A stretch of 64,000 bases of DNA from Chlorobiota bacterium (GCA_039810585.1 JBDHXF010000001.1:89223-153222); one strand, 5' to 3'. Shown: positions 31,925 through 41,172, counted from the first letter of the stretch. Notes: generated by a model not told the origin, from the sequence alone. Made by a program: numbers and translations.

Positions 31925-33831
31925 CGAAGCATTGGTGGACCATACTTGCGTGTATCGTGTGTGGTGCTACCATACTTCATGCTGACGATGCAGATACGAA
32001 CAAACGGTTTCGGTTTGGAGCCACACTCGGTGCGACGCTCAATTTTCACGCCGCAAGTTTCGGATCGCTCGCCGGATTCCCGTCCTGCTGTCCCGAGTAC
32101 ACCTCCGGCTCGGGCGTTGCTCCCGCGCTCGGCCTATTGGCAGAGATTCCCTTAAGTTCTTCCGTCAGTCACATCATCCGAGCCTCTCTCTCCGATTTAG
32201 GTGCTGATCTGGGAGCTGCCGAAACAACGCCTGTCATTGTCAATAATCAGGTTGTGACTGCGCGTATTCAGCACAGTCTCACCGCCATCATCAAGGGTAT
32301 TGCGGTTGAACCTGACGTGTATTTCCGCCTGGGTCGATCCATTGGTTTATACACCGGTCTCCGGTGCGACTTTTCACTCAAGGGAGAAATTTCCCAAAAA
32401 GAGGAACTTGTCTATCCTCTGGTTGGAACATTTGAGAACGGCAAGAGAATTCGCAATGAGCAGGACGGCGTGATTTTCGCTTTACAACCAATTGTGGCCT
32501 CCGCTGTTGGGGGAATTCGTTGGGAACTTCCGATGAACAAGGACGCCTCGCTTCTGCTCATTCCGGAACTAAGTTTGTCGTTCGGCCTCAATACCATTAC
32601 CGCTAGTGAACAATGGCGAGTACACACGCTGCGACTGGCAACAAGCATCGTGTTTCAATCTCCGAAACCCTTCACCACGGTGACTCCGTGGGTAGACAAC
32701 ACGCCTCTTGGCGTAGAGCTCAGCGCCTTTCCTTTCGACGGTACACACGAAAATCCAAATGGCATTATGAGCGTTGAAGAGAGCGAACGCATCGACTTCC
32801 AACCTCTGCTTCCCTGCGTGTTTTTCGACTTTGAAAGTGATGTATTGCCGGCACGGTATACCACGGTAACGGATACTGACATCGATAGTTTCCGAGTGAG
32901 CGACGCCAGCAAACCCACTGCACTGTCCACCTACTACAACATCTTGCCAATTATTGGACGTCGATTGAGGCAGCACTCTCGTGACTCCATCAGCATCATT
33001 GGTCGAATTGATCCCGCCGAGAGCAACGCCGTAGAGCACGCAAAGAAGCGCGCCGATCAGTTGGCCTTTTATTTCCGTCGCATATGGGGCATCGATCGAA
33101 CCCGTATCCATCTGTCGGTTGAAGCAGCCGATACCTTGTTCAACGAAGCGAACGCCGCCCTACAAGGGGCGCAAAACCGTCGCGTAGATTTTAAAGCATC
33201 CGAACGGATTTTGTCTCCGGTTCAGTTCCGCGACACCTTGCGTCAAGTCAGTCCTCGATTTATTCGCATCCGTCCTCAAGCCAAGGGTGGAGCTGCGGTG
33301 GATCAATGGGATATCAGCGTGTATCAAAAATCGACGAAGCTGAAAACGTTCAATGGAAGCGGAAGTCTGCCTTTTAAGTTTACTGCCGATGTTATGGAGA
33401 ATCCATTCGTTGTCATCAACGACTCGCTTCGGGTGATGGCCTTGGTGAGTTCGAAGGACGGTAGTGCTGCATCCGCTGCCGTGGCGTTACCGACCTCGGT
33501 GTTGAGCCTGGGCCGCAAACGACAAGAAGGTTTGAGCGACACGCTAACCATCCGCACGCAGCTCCTGCAACTACGATCAAGCTTGATGAGTCCGTCACGC
33601 CAACTGCAAATGCAATCGGTGACCGCTCTCTACAACCAGCGCTCGTCGCTGAATCTTGTTGATTATAGCGATACAACAACGGAAGGCGCGAAAAATGTTC
33701 TCCAAGAACTTAAACTCTCCGGCTCTTCCGTTAACGTTAGCGCCGCCGCTTCCCCCCACTACTCAAATATGTTCCCGGAAAGTCGGGCGTACAATCACAG
33801 TGTTGACATTATCGTACACAGTGTTCAATAG
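31921..33831 (+). CDS. outer-membrane protein: N-terminal beta-barrel-like region + C-terminal OmpA-like peptidoglycan-binding domain
   Basis: TTG start overlaps the upstream stop by 4 nt. Signal peptide and alternating amphipathic strands precede an OmpA-like region ending ...NRRVDFKA. Confidence 0.65.
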   Translation: MTKHWWTILACIVCGATILHADDADTNKRFRFGATLGATLNFHAASFGSLAGFPSCCPEYTSGSGVAPALGLLAEIPLSSSVSHIIRASLSDLGADLGAAETTPVIVNNQVVTARIQHSLTAIIKGIAVEPDVYFRLGRSIGLYTGLRCDFSLKGEISQKEELVYPLVGTFENGKRIRNEQDGVIFALQPIVASAVGGIRWELPMNKDASLLLIPELSLSFGLNTITASEQWRVHTLRLATSIVFQSPKPFTTVTPWVDNTPLGVELSAFPFDGTHENPNGIMSVEESERIDFQPLLPCVFFDFESDVLPARYTTVTDTDIDSFRVSDASKPTALSTYYNILPIIGRRLRQHSRDSISIIGRIDPAESNAVEHAKKRADQLAFYFRRIWGIDRTRIHLSVEAADTLFNEANAALQGAQNRRVDFKASERILSPVQFRDTLRQVSPRFIRIRPQAKGGAAVDQWDISVYQKSTKLKTFNGSGSLPFKFTADVMENPFVVINDSLRVMALVSSKDGSAASAAVALPTSVLSLGRKRQEGLSDTLTIRTQLLQLRSSLMSPSRQLQMQSVTALYNQRSSLNLVDYSDTTTEGAKNVLQELKLSGSSVNVSAAASPHYSNMFPESRAYNHSVDIIVHSVQ

Positions 33832-33933
33832 TGCATGGTGCCGTTCGTGCACCTCGGTAAAGATTTCCATGCGTTCCATCCATGCTACAGCGAGATGCAT
33901 AGCCTAGGATGAGCGAAGTCGCCCACCCCACGC

Positions 33934-34635
33934 TCAGCGCTCTGATTCATGTTCCTGCCGGCGTCGTATGCCCTTCAGCGCTTCCCGTACACTCAATGGA
34001 TGGAGCTCGACTCGTTCTACAAAGCGTTGAACATAGTCTGCATCGGTGTACGAGTACTGCCTCAGCGCCCAACCAATGGCTTTGCGTAGAAAAAACTCCT
34101 TCGACCCCCGATGTGGTAGTATGGCTTGCTCCAATAGGCGCAGGTCGGTGTTTGCCTTGTACCCCAATTGGAAGATAATCGCTGTACGATTTAACCACAT
34201 GTTATCTGCACCTATCCACCGATGAACCGTCTTCAAACGTTGCTCCGGAAAGCGTACGAAGTGGGGGCCTACGATACGCGCCGCCAGATAATCAACCGTG
34301 TCCCACCACGACTTCTGCACAATGCACTCCTCGTGCCAAACAATGCTGTGCTCGTCCACCTTCCGAACCATTCTCTGGCTGATATCCATCGCGGCATACT
34401 GAAACTCCCGCTGTGGTAGGCTCCAGAGTTTTCGCACAATCATGGCCATGTCTGCCGCTTCCGGTAAGCCCTGCTCTCTGAGCGCTTCGCGAACGATGCT
34501 TTGCCTCAGGGGCGCAGGAATTCCGAAAAACTCAAAATTATTCTTCATGTAGGCGGCGGCACCTACCGCGCGTTCCGGGTCTGCTGCTTCGCGAAATACG
34601 GTTGTTAGATGCGTAATAAGTGGATGCATGAACAT
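33934..34635 (-). CDS. DNA alkylation repair protein (AlkC/AlkD HEAT-repeat family)
   Basis: Helical-repeat pattern and the conserved W/R/K positions of PF08713-like proteins. Confidence 0.75.
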   Translation of the reverse strand: MFMHPLITHLTTVFREAADPERAVGAAAYMKNNFEFFGIPAPLRQSIVREALREQGLPEAADMAMIVRKLWSLPQREFQYAAMDISQRMVRKVDEHSIVWHEECIVQKSWWDTVDYLAARIVGPHFVRFPEQRLKTVHRWIGADNMWLNRTAIIFQLGYKANTDLRLLEQAILPHRGSKEFFLRKAIGWALRQYSYTDADYVQRFVERVELHPLSVREALKGIRRRQEHESER

Positions 34636-34820
34636 GGTGCGAGGTTGTGGTACGAAGTTGAGTCCTGAGCTGCAGGCAAGTTATTTCAGTTAGAGTGCAG
34701 AGTCAAGCTACTAAGCCGGCAATTTCGTCGGGAATTTTGCACGGTATGACGAGAAACTTGTACTGTGGAAAAGTGTGGGCAGAGATAATTTGCATCCAAT
34801 CACTACTTATCTTCATTCTT

Positions 34821-35171
34821 ATGAAACACTTTTTTATCACCCTGCTTATGTGCAGTTTGTTTGTGGGCGTTGGAGCGTTTGCTCAGGGCACCACGAAAAC
34901 TGACACCTTACATGTTTCCGGCAATTGCGGTACCTGTAAGAAGAAGATTGAGTCGCCGTTTAAGCATACCGACGGAGTGCAAAGTGCTACGTGGGACAAA
35001 AGCACGAAGCTCTTTATCGTCGAATATGATCCCACCAAAATCACCTTGGACAAGATCAAGGAAATGATTGTCGCCCAAGGATATGATACCGAAGACTTGA
35101 AGGCGAGCGATGAAGCATACGCCAAGCTCCCGAAGTGTTGTCGCTACCGCAGCGGCCCGCACGGTGAATAA
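34821..35171 (+). CDS. secreted heavy-metal-associated (HMA)-like domain protein with variant metal motif
   Basis: Signal peptide, then LHVSGNCGTCKKKIE. This is the HMA fold with GNCGTC in place of the canonical GMTCxxC. Confidence 0.6.
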   Translation: MKHFFITLLMCSLFVGVGAFAQGTTKTDTLHVSGNCGTCKKKIESPFKHTDGVQSATWDKSTKLFIVEYDPTKITLDKIKEMIVAQGYDTEDLKASDEAYAKLPKCCRYRSGPHGE

Positions 35172-35244
35172 CACCCTGCCCAGGCTCTCGGCTATTCCTG
35201 CGCTTGTGGGTTGTAGCAATGGGACATGGTGTTCTGCTTGATAC

Positions 35245-35283
35245 TTTTAATACGTGCCTTGCTCTGCAAGGCACGTATTAAAA
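35245..35283. repeat. conserved hairpin element (18-bp stem) between convergent genes; a family member of the 55586-55623 element
   Basis: TTTTAATACGTGCCTTGC-TCT-GCAAGGCACGTATTAAAA. The outer stem and 3' flank are shared with the second copy, and the inner stem differs with compensatory changes. Confidence 0.65.
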
Positions 35284-35287
35284 TCTC

Positions 35288-36511
35288 TTAGCCTCTCTCA
35301 AAGCGATCCAATGAGTCTTGGATCTCCTTCCGAATCCTTCGAAGATCCTCGTTGTTTTTCTTCTCGCACCACATCTTGACACGTAGGGCTATGTGCGACG
35401 CCGCCTGCTTCGGATCCAGCACATCTCCTAGGTGCAGACTGCAGACACGTTCCATGTTGTACTCTTGTTCAAAGAAGTTTGGGCAGGCCAGAACCGGTAC
35501 GCCATGCCACAGAGCCTGATAAATGGAACCATTGCCGCCGTGACATATCAGACAATCGACCTGTGGCAGAAGTAGGTTGTGGTTGACAAAGCGGCGAGAA
35601 CGGATGTGTGGAGCGCGCAAGGCGCTGTGATTACGACCCGTCATGATGACACGACAATCGGAAAAGGCATCATCACACAGCCACCGAAATTGATCCACGT
35701 CGCCTGTGCTTCCGAGCGACACGAGGATATTCAATCGGTCGTTCGCGACAAAGTCATCCACCGACTCATCGCTCTGTGTTTCCCGGTAGAACAAAGGTCC
35801 CAAGACATGGACAGAGGGAGGCAGGTTGTGTTGCGGAAACAGCGATGGCAGATCGCAAATAAGCGTCGTCTCACCTTCCAACTCGTCGAGGAACGATGCT
35901 CGTTCACGTAGGCCGTATTTTTTCCTCACCCGCTTGAAGGGAGCGTGCGTCCAGCGAAGTACAATCTGCTCTCCGACATGGGTCAGCCATCGTTGCACTC
36001 CACCCGGAAGTTTTGACAGCAAGGCATAAGCCGGATGCACCGTTGGTAGCGGTCTTCCCGGTGCATAGTACTTGCTCATATAGCCATTCACGAGTTTCAC
36101 ACAGGGTACGCCGCAGTATTCGGCCGCCATGTTGAGCGTCATTGAGGCATCACCAAGCACCACATCCGGTTTGTATTCTTTAATGATGGCTACTTGCAGC
36201 GTGAAGACGCGTTCCAACTCCACGTCGGACATCCATCGGAAGTCCATACGCGTTGAATATTCCAGAATGACTTCCGCATCGGTGTCGTCGTAAGCAAAGG
36301 TGGGCCAGCCTTGCGTTTTGAGCCACGCTTCATAGCGCTTAGAATGTCCGAAGATGAACTCCACCTCGTCCTTGCACCAGGAAGCCAGAAGCATGCAGCG
36401 CGTGTAGTGCGACAAAAAGTCGAAGGCAAACACCAGCACTCGCGGTTTCCTACGACCGTTGGAGGGACCTTTGACGAAGACGTCGCGCAATAAGGAATTC
36501 ATAGACATCAC
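35288..36511 (-). CDS. GT1-family UDP-glycosyltransferase (carotenoid glycosyltransferase candidate, CrtX-like)
   Basis: GT-B fold with the C-terminal UDP-sugar motif region (CLICHGGNGSIYQALWHGVPVL); sits last in the crt operon. Confidence 0.72.
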   Translation of the reverse strand: MMSMNSLLRDVFVKGPSNGRRKPRVLVFAFDFLSHYTRCMLLASWCKDEVEFIFGHSKRYEAWLKTQGWPTFAYDDTDAEVILEYSTRMDFRWMSDVELERVFTLQVAIIKEYKPDVVLGDASMTLNMAAEYCGVPCVKLVNGYMSKYYAPGRPLPTVHPAYALLSKLPGGVQRWLTHVGEQIVLRWTHAPFKRVRKKYGLRERASFLDELEGETTLICDLPSLFPQHNLPPSVHVLGPLFYRETQSDESVDDFVANDRLNILVSLGSTGDVDQFRWLCDDAFSDCRVIMTGRNHSALRAPHIRSRRFVNHNLLLPQVDCLICHGGNGSIYQALWHGVPVLACPNFFEQEYNMERVCSLHLGDVLDPKQAASHIALRVKMWCEKKNNEDLRRIRKEIQDSLDRFERG

Positions 36512-37181
36512 AAACCATCAACAATAACAGCATCCCATACAACACATCCTCCACCGGTATGGTACCGAGCCTGAGCCCGAGCATCTGCTCAGGATTGTAC
36601 CACACAATCGCTTCGTCTAAGCCGGTGCCGGTCAGAACTCCGTTCACGACAAAGAACGGGATCAGAATGAGGACATAGGCACGATAGAAATCCCTCAACC
36701 ACGGAACCTTCCTTCGCTGCAGCCACAAGACATACAACCCGGCTGCACCGACGCTCACTGCGGTGTACAGCCTGGGAATTGACAGCGCAGCACAGGTCAC
36801 CAAAGTCCAGCCAAATATCCAACTCCATCGCAAAGACGTCTTCGGCAGAACAGATTCATCTGCATTCTTGCGTTCCCGATACTTGAGAATGCGCAAGCAA
36901 TGATAGCTAAAAATCGACGCGTAGGGAATGCACAGGAAGAAGAGGATTTCCTCGACAGGTAGGACGCCAACGTACACCCCGCTAAGATAGCGTGGGTTGA
37001 ATCCCCACACCCTCCATACCGTGTACACTTCATCCCAGACGATGAATAGAGCTGCAACCGCAAAACAAGCGGGCCAAAAGGCGAACCACGTTTTGTGGAA
37101 ATTCAGACGCGGATGAAAGCTGGCGACGAGCGGAATGACAACAGCGGCGAGATCGATGAAGAGGTAGCTATAGTGTCCCAT
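36450..37181 (-). CDS. crtY: lycopene cyclase domain protein (fused CrtYcd-type)
   Basis: 243 aa, seven TM helices with a duplicated internal pattern typical of fused heterodimeric-type lycopene cyclases. Overlaps the GT start by about 60 nt. Confidence 0.78.
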   Translation of the reverse strand: MGHYSYLFIDLAAVVIPLVASFHPRLNFHKTWFAFWPACFAVAALFIVWDEVYTVWRVWGFNPRYLSGVYVGVLPVEEILFFLCIPYASIFSYHCLRILKYRERKNADESVLPKTSLRWSWIFGWTLVTCAALSIPRLYTAVSVGAAGLYVLWLQRRKVPWLRDFYRAYVLILIPFFVVNGVLTGTGLDEAIVWYNPEQMLGLRLGTIPVEDVLYGMLLLLMVCDVYEFLIARRLRQRSLQRS

Positions 37182-37186
37182 ACTGC

Positions 37187-37678
37187 CTACGACGACACAA
37201 TGCGATCGTCCAACTGCGTCTTCGATGCTTCACGGAGATACTTCGGTGGAACAACCAACATTCCAAAACACTCACCATCTTCCTTAGTCAAATGCTTATG
37301 ATGCATCTTATGAGCGCGCCGAATGGCGCGCAAGTAAGAAGAATTAGCATTGCGAAACCAGCGAAGACGTCGGTGAATGAACACATCGTGAACCAGGAAG
37401 TACGTCATCCCATAAAGGCTAATGCCACATCCCATCCAAAACCACGGCAGATCCAGTCCCGAGTGCAATCCGTAGGCCAAGAGGATAATGGCAGGTGTGG
37501 CGAATACCACAAAGAATGTATCGTTGCGTTCAAAGAAACCATCCTCTCCTTTGGTGTGATGGTCCTCGTGTAGAAACCATAGTGGTCCATGCATGAGGAA
37601 ACGATGAGCCAACCACGCAATGGCTTCCATAGCCAGATACGCAGCGATAATCGAAAGGATGTTGACAACGACAGTCAT
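37187..37678 (-). CDS. crtZ: beta-carotene 3-hydroxylase
   Basis: Fatty-acid hydroxylase histidine boxes HEDHH, HDVFIHRR and HKMHH; colinear with Pantoea CrtZ. Confidence 0.85.
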   Translation of the reverse strand: MTVVVNILSIIAAYLAMEAIAWLAHRFLMHGPLWFLHEDHHTKGEDGFFERNDTFFVVFATPAIILLAYGLHSGLDLPWFWMGCGISLYGMTYFLVHDVFIHRRLRWFRNANSSYLRAIRRAHKMHHKHLTKEDGECFGMLVVPPKYLREASKTQLDDRIVSS

Positions 37679-37679
37679 A

Positions 37680-38174
37680 CTATGAATCTGAATTGAAGCG
37701 CTGTTCGAGTGCGCGATACCGATAGTTGAAAATGTTCTCAATCTGACGGCGGACAAAGAGCCAATGGGCGAATCGACCCAGAATACCAAAGGGTAATTTG
37801 TACTTAAGGTCGTCGATCATTTCCACGCCTCCGGACACAGCGCGGAAACGGTGAGTGTGGATCCACTCTGCATAGGGCCCCTTCAACTGGATGTCTGTGA
37901 ATTGCTGATTGTCCTGGACCTCAACGATCTTGGTAACCCATGTAAGCGGAATTCCAAAGAGTGGACTCACCTTATAACAAATCAGCATGCCTTCTCGCGT
38001 CACGCCTTCTTCAAAGCCGGACAGAATACGAAAGTTCATCGAGGGAGGAGTGATGGCGCTGAGATTCATGGGTGAAGAAAAAAACGCCCACGCCTCATCC
38101 AAACCGATGCGCAAGAGTTGCTTGGTATGCAGTTCGTGATATGGTTGGTCGTCTTTGCTCATCATGACATCCAA
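37680..38174 (-). CDS. SRPBCC-family (polyketide cyclase/START-like) protein
   Basis: 164 aa with a Polyketide_cyc2-like pattern; first gene of the crtZ operon. Confidence 0.65.
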   Translation of the reverse strand: MDVMMSKDDQPYHELHTKQLLRIGLDEAWAFFSSPMNLSAITPPSMNFRILSGFEEGVTREGMLICYKVSPLFGIPLTWVTKIVEVQDNQQFTDIQLKGPYAEWIHTHRFRAVSGGVEMIDDLKYKLPFGILGRFAHWLFVRRQIENIFNYRYRALEQRFNSDS

Positions 38175-38229
38175 TGTTGAGTGACCGAGGAATTCATCGG
38201 GACGAAATTACTCTACGGCGTGATTTCAG

Positions 38230-38285
38230 GCTTTGATCAGTGTTTGGTCAATGTTTGATCAGGGTTTGATTTGTGTCTGATCAGG
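38230..38285. promoter_or_regulatory. three direct repeats TTGATCAG(T/G)G spaced 21-22 bp
   Basis: TGATCAG at 38234, 38256 and 38277 (each containing a GATC), plus a GGTCAATG half-copy. Lies in the intergenic region upstream of the SRPBCC-crtZ-crtY-GT operon. Confidence 0.45.
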
Positions 38286-38826
38286 GCTTGAATTGACTAG
38301 CCACCGTACTCATCTGCATCCGTTCTTGATCCGAGCACAATTCGCAGGTGCTTAGGAACTCGGCAATGTGATGGAGCAGGATGGTGTCTTCCGGCCGGAC
38401 GCGTTGTTGATCCACGTACCGAAGGAGAATGGTTTTGTCGCCGCTAATATTATCACTGTACCCGAGCATCGAAGGCGCCTTCGATTGAACGGCAAAACGC
38501 AGAAAACGAAGTTCCACACTTTCAGGAGCCAAGAAAATTGCACGTTCCAACTTCTCCCGACCGAGGTTGAAGTATTTCAACTTAGAAAAGGGATTGAACG
38601 AGTGATTGGCTTGCATCATGTCCGACATTGCCTTGTAACCAAACAGTATCGGCGTTGCTTCTGTAATAGCATCGGTTTCGGTGACAAGAGCGTCGGCCAT
38701 TTCGGACGACTCTTTGGCACTGTAAAACATGCTTCGCAAATGCAACAGTCGTTGTTCGGTTGCGGCACCGGCTTCAGCAACTCTCACACTCACGAAGAGT
38801 ACACACACAAGGACAAAAACCTTCAT
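38281..38826 (-). CDS. small secreted hypothetical protein embedded in carotenoid locus
   Basis: Signal peptide MKVFVLVCVLFVSVRVAEA; no recognisable domain; starts 3 nt after the crtB stop. Confidence 0.5.
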   Translation of the reverse strand: MKVFVLVCVLFVSVRVAEAGAATEQRLLHLRSMFYSAKESSEMADALVTETDAITEATPILFGYKAMSDMMQANHSFNPFSKLKYFNLGREKLERAIFLAPESVELRFLRFAVQSKAPSMLGYSDNISGDKTILLRYVDQQRVRPEDTILLHHIAEFLSTCELCSDQERMQMSTVASQFKP

Positions 38827-39665
38827 AGCCAATTCGAGTGGTGACGGATGAGACTGGTAGCCAAAATCAGGATTTTTCGCCAATCCGGAATTCGAATTCG
38901 ACGATGCATCAATTCTTCTGCCTTGGTTTTCTCGATCATTCGCAGCAGCGCCCAGTAATAGCGATACGCTAAATACACGCCGAATCGCGCGTCTTTCGGC
39001 AACTTGTGGATTCCCTTCTTTGCGGAATCGAAGTCTACACGGATATCGTGTTGAATAGAGCTCTTCTCTGAGTCGTCAAAGTGAGCAATGCGCAACCCCG
39101 GAAAGTACACACGGCCCAAATCCACTGAGTCTTCTTTCAGATCGCGCAAGAAGTTTACTTTTTGAAACGCCGATCCGAGGCTCATGGCTGCAGGCCGAAG
39201 TTCGTTGTAGAGTTCCTCATTGTTCTCACAAAACACCTTCAGGCACATCAAACCCACTACTTCTGCGGAGCCCAGGATATATCGCTTGTAATTATCCGGC
39301 GAATATTCCACCGGGTGTAAATCCATTTCCATACTCTGCAGAAATGTCTCGACCAAGTCATACGGAATCCCGTAGTCGTGCACCGTCTTCTGAAAGCTGT
39401 TCAAAATGGGATTCAAGCTGATGCGCTGCTGTACTGCCTTTGCGGTGTCGGCAATAAAGTCGCGAAGCAACTCTTCTTTATCGAAGTCGTGAAACGTATC
39501 TACGATCTCGTCCGCGAAGCGTACAAAACCATAGATGTGAAAAATGGCTTCACGGAAGCGCGGATGCAGAAAACGAATGCCGAGGGAAAACGACGTACTG
39601 TAATGCAAGGTCGTCATCTTACTGGTCAGCGTCGAAATGTCATCAAAGAGTTCTTTGGTAGCCAT
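38823..39665 (-). CDS. crtB: phytoene synthase
   Basis: Squalene/phytoene synthase family with the Asp-rich motifs DEIVD and DLKED. Confidence 0.9.
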   Translation of the reverse strand: MATKELFDDISTLTSKMTTLHYSTSFSLGIRFLHPRFREAIFHIYGFVRFADEIVDTFHDFDKEELLRDFIADTAKAVQQRISLNPILNSFQKTVHDYGIPYDLVETFLQSMEMDLHPVEYSPDNYKRYILGSAEVVGLMCLKVFCENNEELYNELRPAAMSLGSAFQKVNFLRDLKEDSVDLGRVYFPGLRIAHFDDSEKSSIQHDIRVDFDSAKKGIHKLPKDARFGVYLAYRYYWALLRMIEKTKAEELMHRRIRIPDWRKILILATSLIRHHSNWL

Positions 39666-41172
39666 AACGGTGTTGATTGGTAAACGATTGACCGGCTTCC
39701 TGCCGGATTACATTGGCAACTACTTCCCCGGAGATGAGCGATGGCGGCACCCCCGGTCCGGGAACGGTGAGTTGGCCTGCATACAAGAGATTTTTGATTT
39801 TCTTTGAACGCATCGACGGCTTCAGAAATGCCGTCTGCTGCAAGGTATTGGCAAGTCCGTACGCGTTTCCACGAAATGCATGGTAGTCCTGCACAAAGTC
39901 ATGAAAGCCGTAGTCTCGACGCACTACAACATCGTCCCGAAGATCTCGTCCGCATCTCTCCGCCAGGCGTTGCATGACGAGGGTGAAGTAATGTTCTCTC
40001 ACCCGAGGACTATCCTCCAAACCCGCCGCTGTAGGTATCAGGATGAATAGATTCTCGCACCCTTCGGGTGCAACCGTCGCATCAGTCTTCGACGGAGCGC
40101 AGACGTAGAACAATGGATCTGTCGGAAAGGTTGGTCGATCATAGATTTGCTCTGCGTGTCGCTCGAAATCACGATCGAAGAACAAATTGTGGTGTAGGAG
40201 TCCCTCCACCCTGCTTTTCACTCCCACATAGTACAACAGGCTGGACGGTGCCAGTGTTCGAGAGTTCCAATACTCAGGTGTGTAGCTGCGTTGCGATTCA
40301 TGCAGGAGTGCCGTCTCCACATGATGATAGTCGGCGCCCGCCACTACATAGTCCGCCTCGTAACTCGAGTGATTGCTGTGCACACGTGTAACTCTTCGAG
40401 CCTGCGTTTCAAGCCACTGCACTTCCTCACCCAGATGAACACTCACTCCCTGCTCCTCTGCAACCCGAAGCATTGCCTTCACGATTTCGTGCATACCACC
40501 CATGGGATACCAAGTGCCGAGGGCTAAATCCGCATAGTTCATCATGCTGTAGAGCGCGGGAATGTTCTGTGGTTTGGCTCCCAAAAACAGAACCGGAAAC
40601 TCCATAATGCGTTGCAGACGAGAATCGTTGAAACGACTGCGCACGCTGGATCGCAGTGAGCGAAACATGTGGAGTTGAAAAAGAGATTTCAAGACGCGAC
40701 GATCGGCGAACTCAAGGATGGAGAGCGAGGGACGATAGACCATGTCCTTCATTCCAACCTCGTATTTGTATCGTGCCTCTGAAAGAAACTCCCGTAAGGC
40801 TGCACGCGATCCTGGCTCAAGGGTGTCGAAGAGCTCCTCAATGTCGGGCATGGAGGATGGCATATCCACACAAGTATCGTGCTCAAAAAAAACGCGATAC
40901 GATGGGGAGAGACGTTCGAGCCGGTAGAAGTCGGACACTTCATGACCGAAATGCCTGAAGTATCGCTCAAACACGTCTGGCATCCAATACCAACTCGGTC
41001 CCATGTCGAATCGAAATCCGCCCTCCTCAAATGTCCGCGCTCTACCACCTGCTTGGTTGTGGCGCTCCAGCAGCGTGACCGCAAATCCTTGTGCTGCTAA
41101 ATGTGTAGCCGCAGAGAGACCGGCAAATCCCGCTCCGATAACGACCACACTCTTTCTCTCCACGGTGTTCAT
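39643..41172 (-). CDS. crtI: phytoene desaturase
   Basis: N-terminal FAD fold VVVIGAGFAGLSAA, 509 aa, CrtI-like. Overlaps crtB by 23 nt. Confidence 0.9.
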   Translation of the reverse strand: MNTVERKSVVVIGAGFAGLSAATHLAAQGFAVTLLERHNQAGGRARTFEEGGFRFDMGPSWYWMPDVFERYFRHFGHEVSDFYRLERLSPSYRVFFEHDTCVDMPSSMPDIEELFDTLEPGSRAALREFLSEARYKYEVGMKDMVYRPSLSILEFADRRVLKSLFQLHMFRSLRSSVRSRFNDSRLQRIMEFPVLFLGAKPQNIPALYSMMNYADLALGTWYPMGGMHEIVKAMLRVAEEQGVSVHLGEEVQWLETQARRVTRVHSNHSSYEADYVVAGADYHHVETALLHESQRSYTPEYWNSRTLAPSSLLYYVGVKSRVEGLLHHNLFFDRDFERHAEQIYDRPTFPTDPLFYVCAPSKTDATVAPEGCENLFILIPTAAGLEDSPRVREHYFTLVMQRLAERCGRDLRDDVVVRRDYGFHDFVQDYHAFRGNAYGLANTLQQTAFLKPSMRSKKIKNLLYAGQLTVPGPGVPPSLISGEVVANVIRQEAGQSFTNQHRYGYQRTL

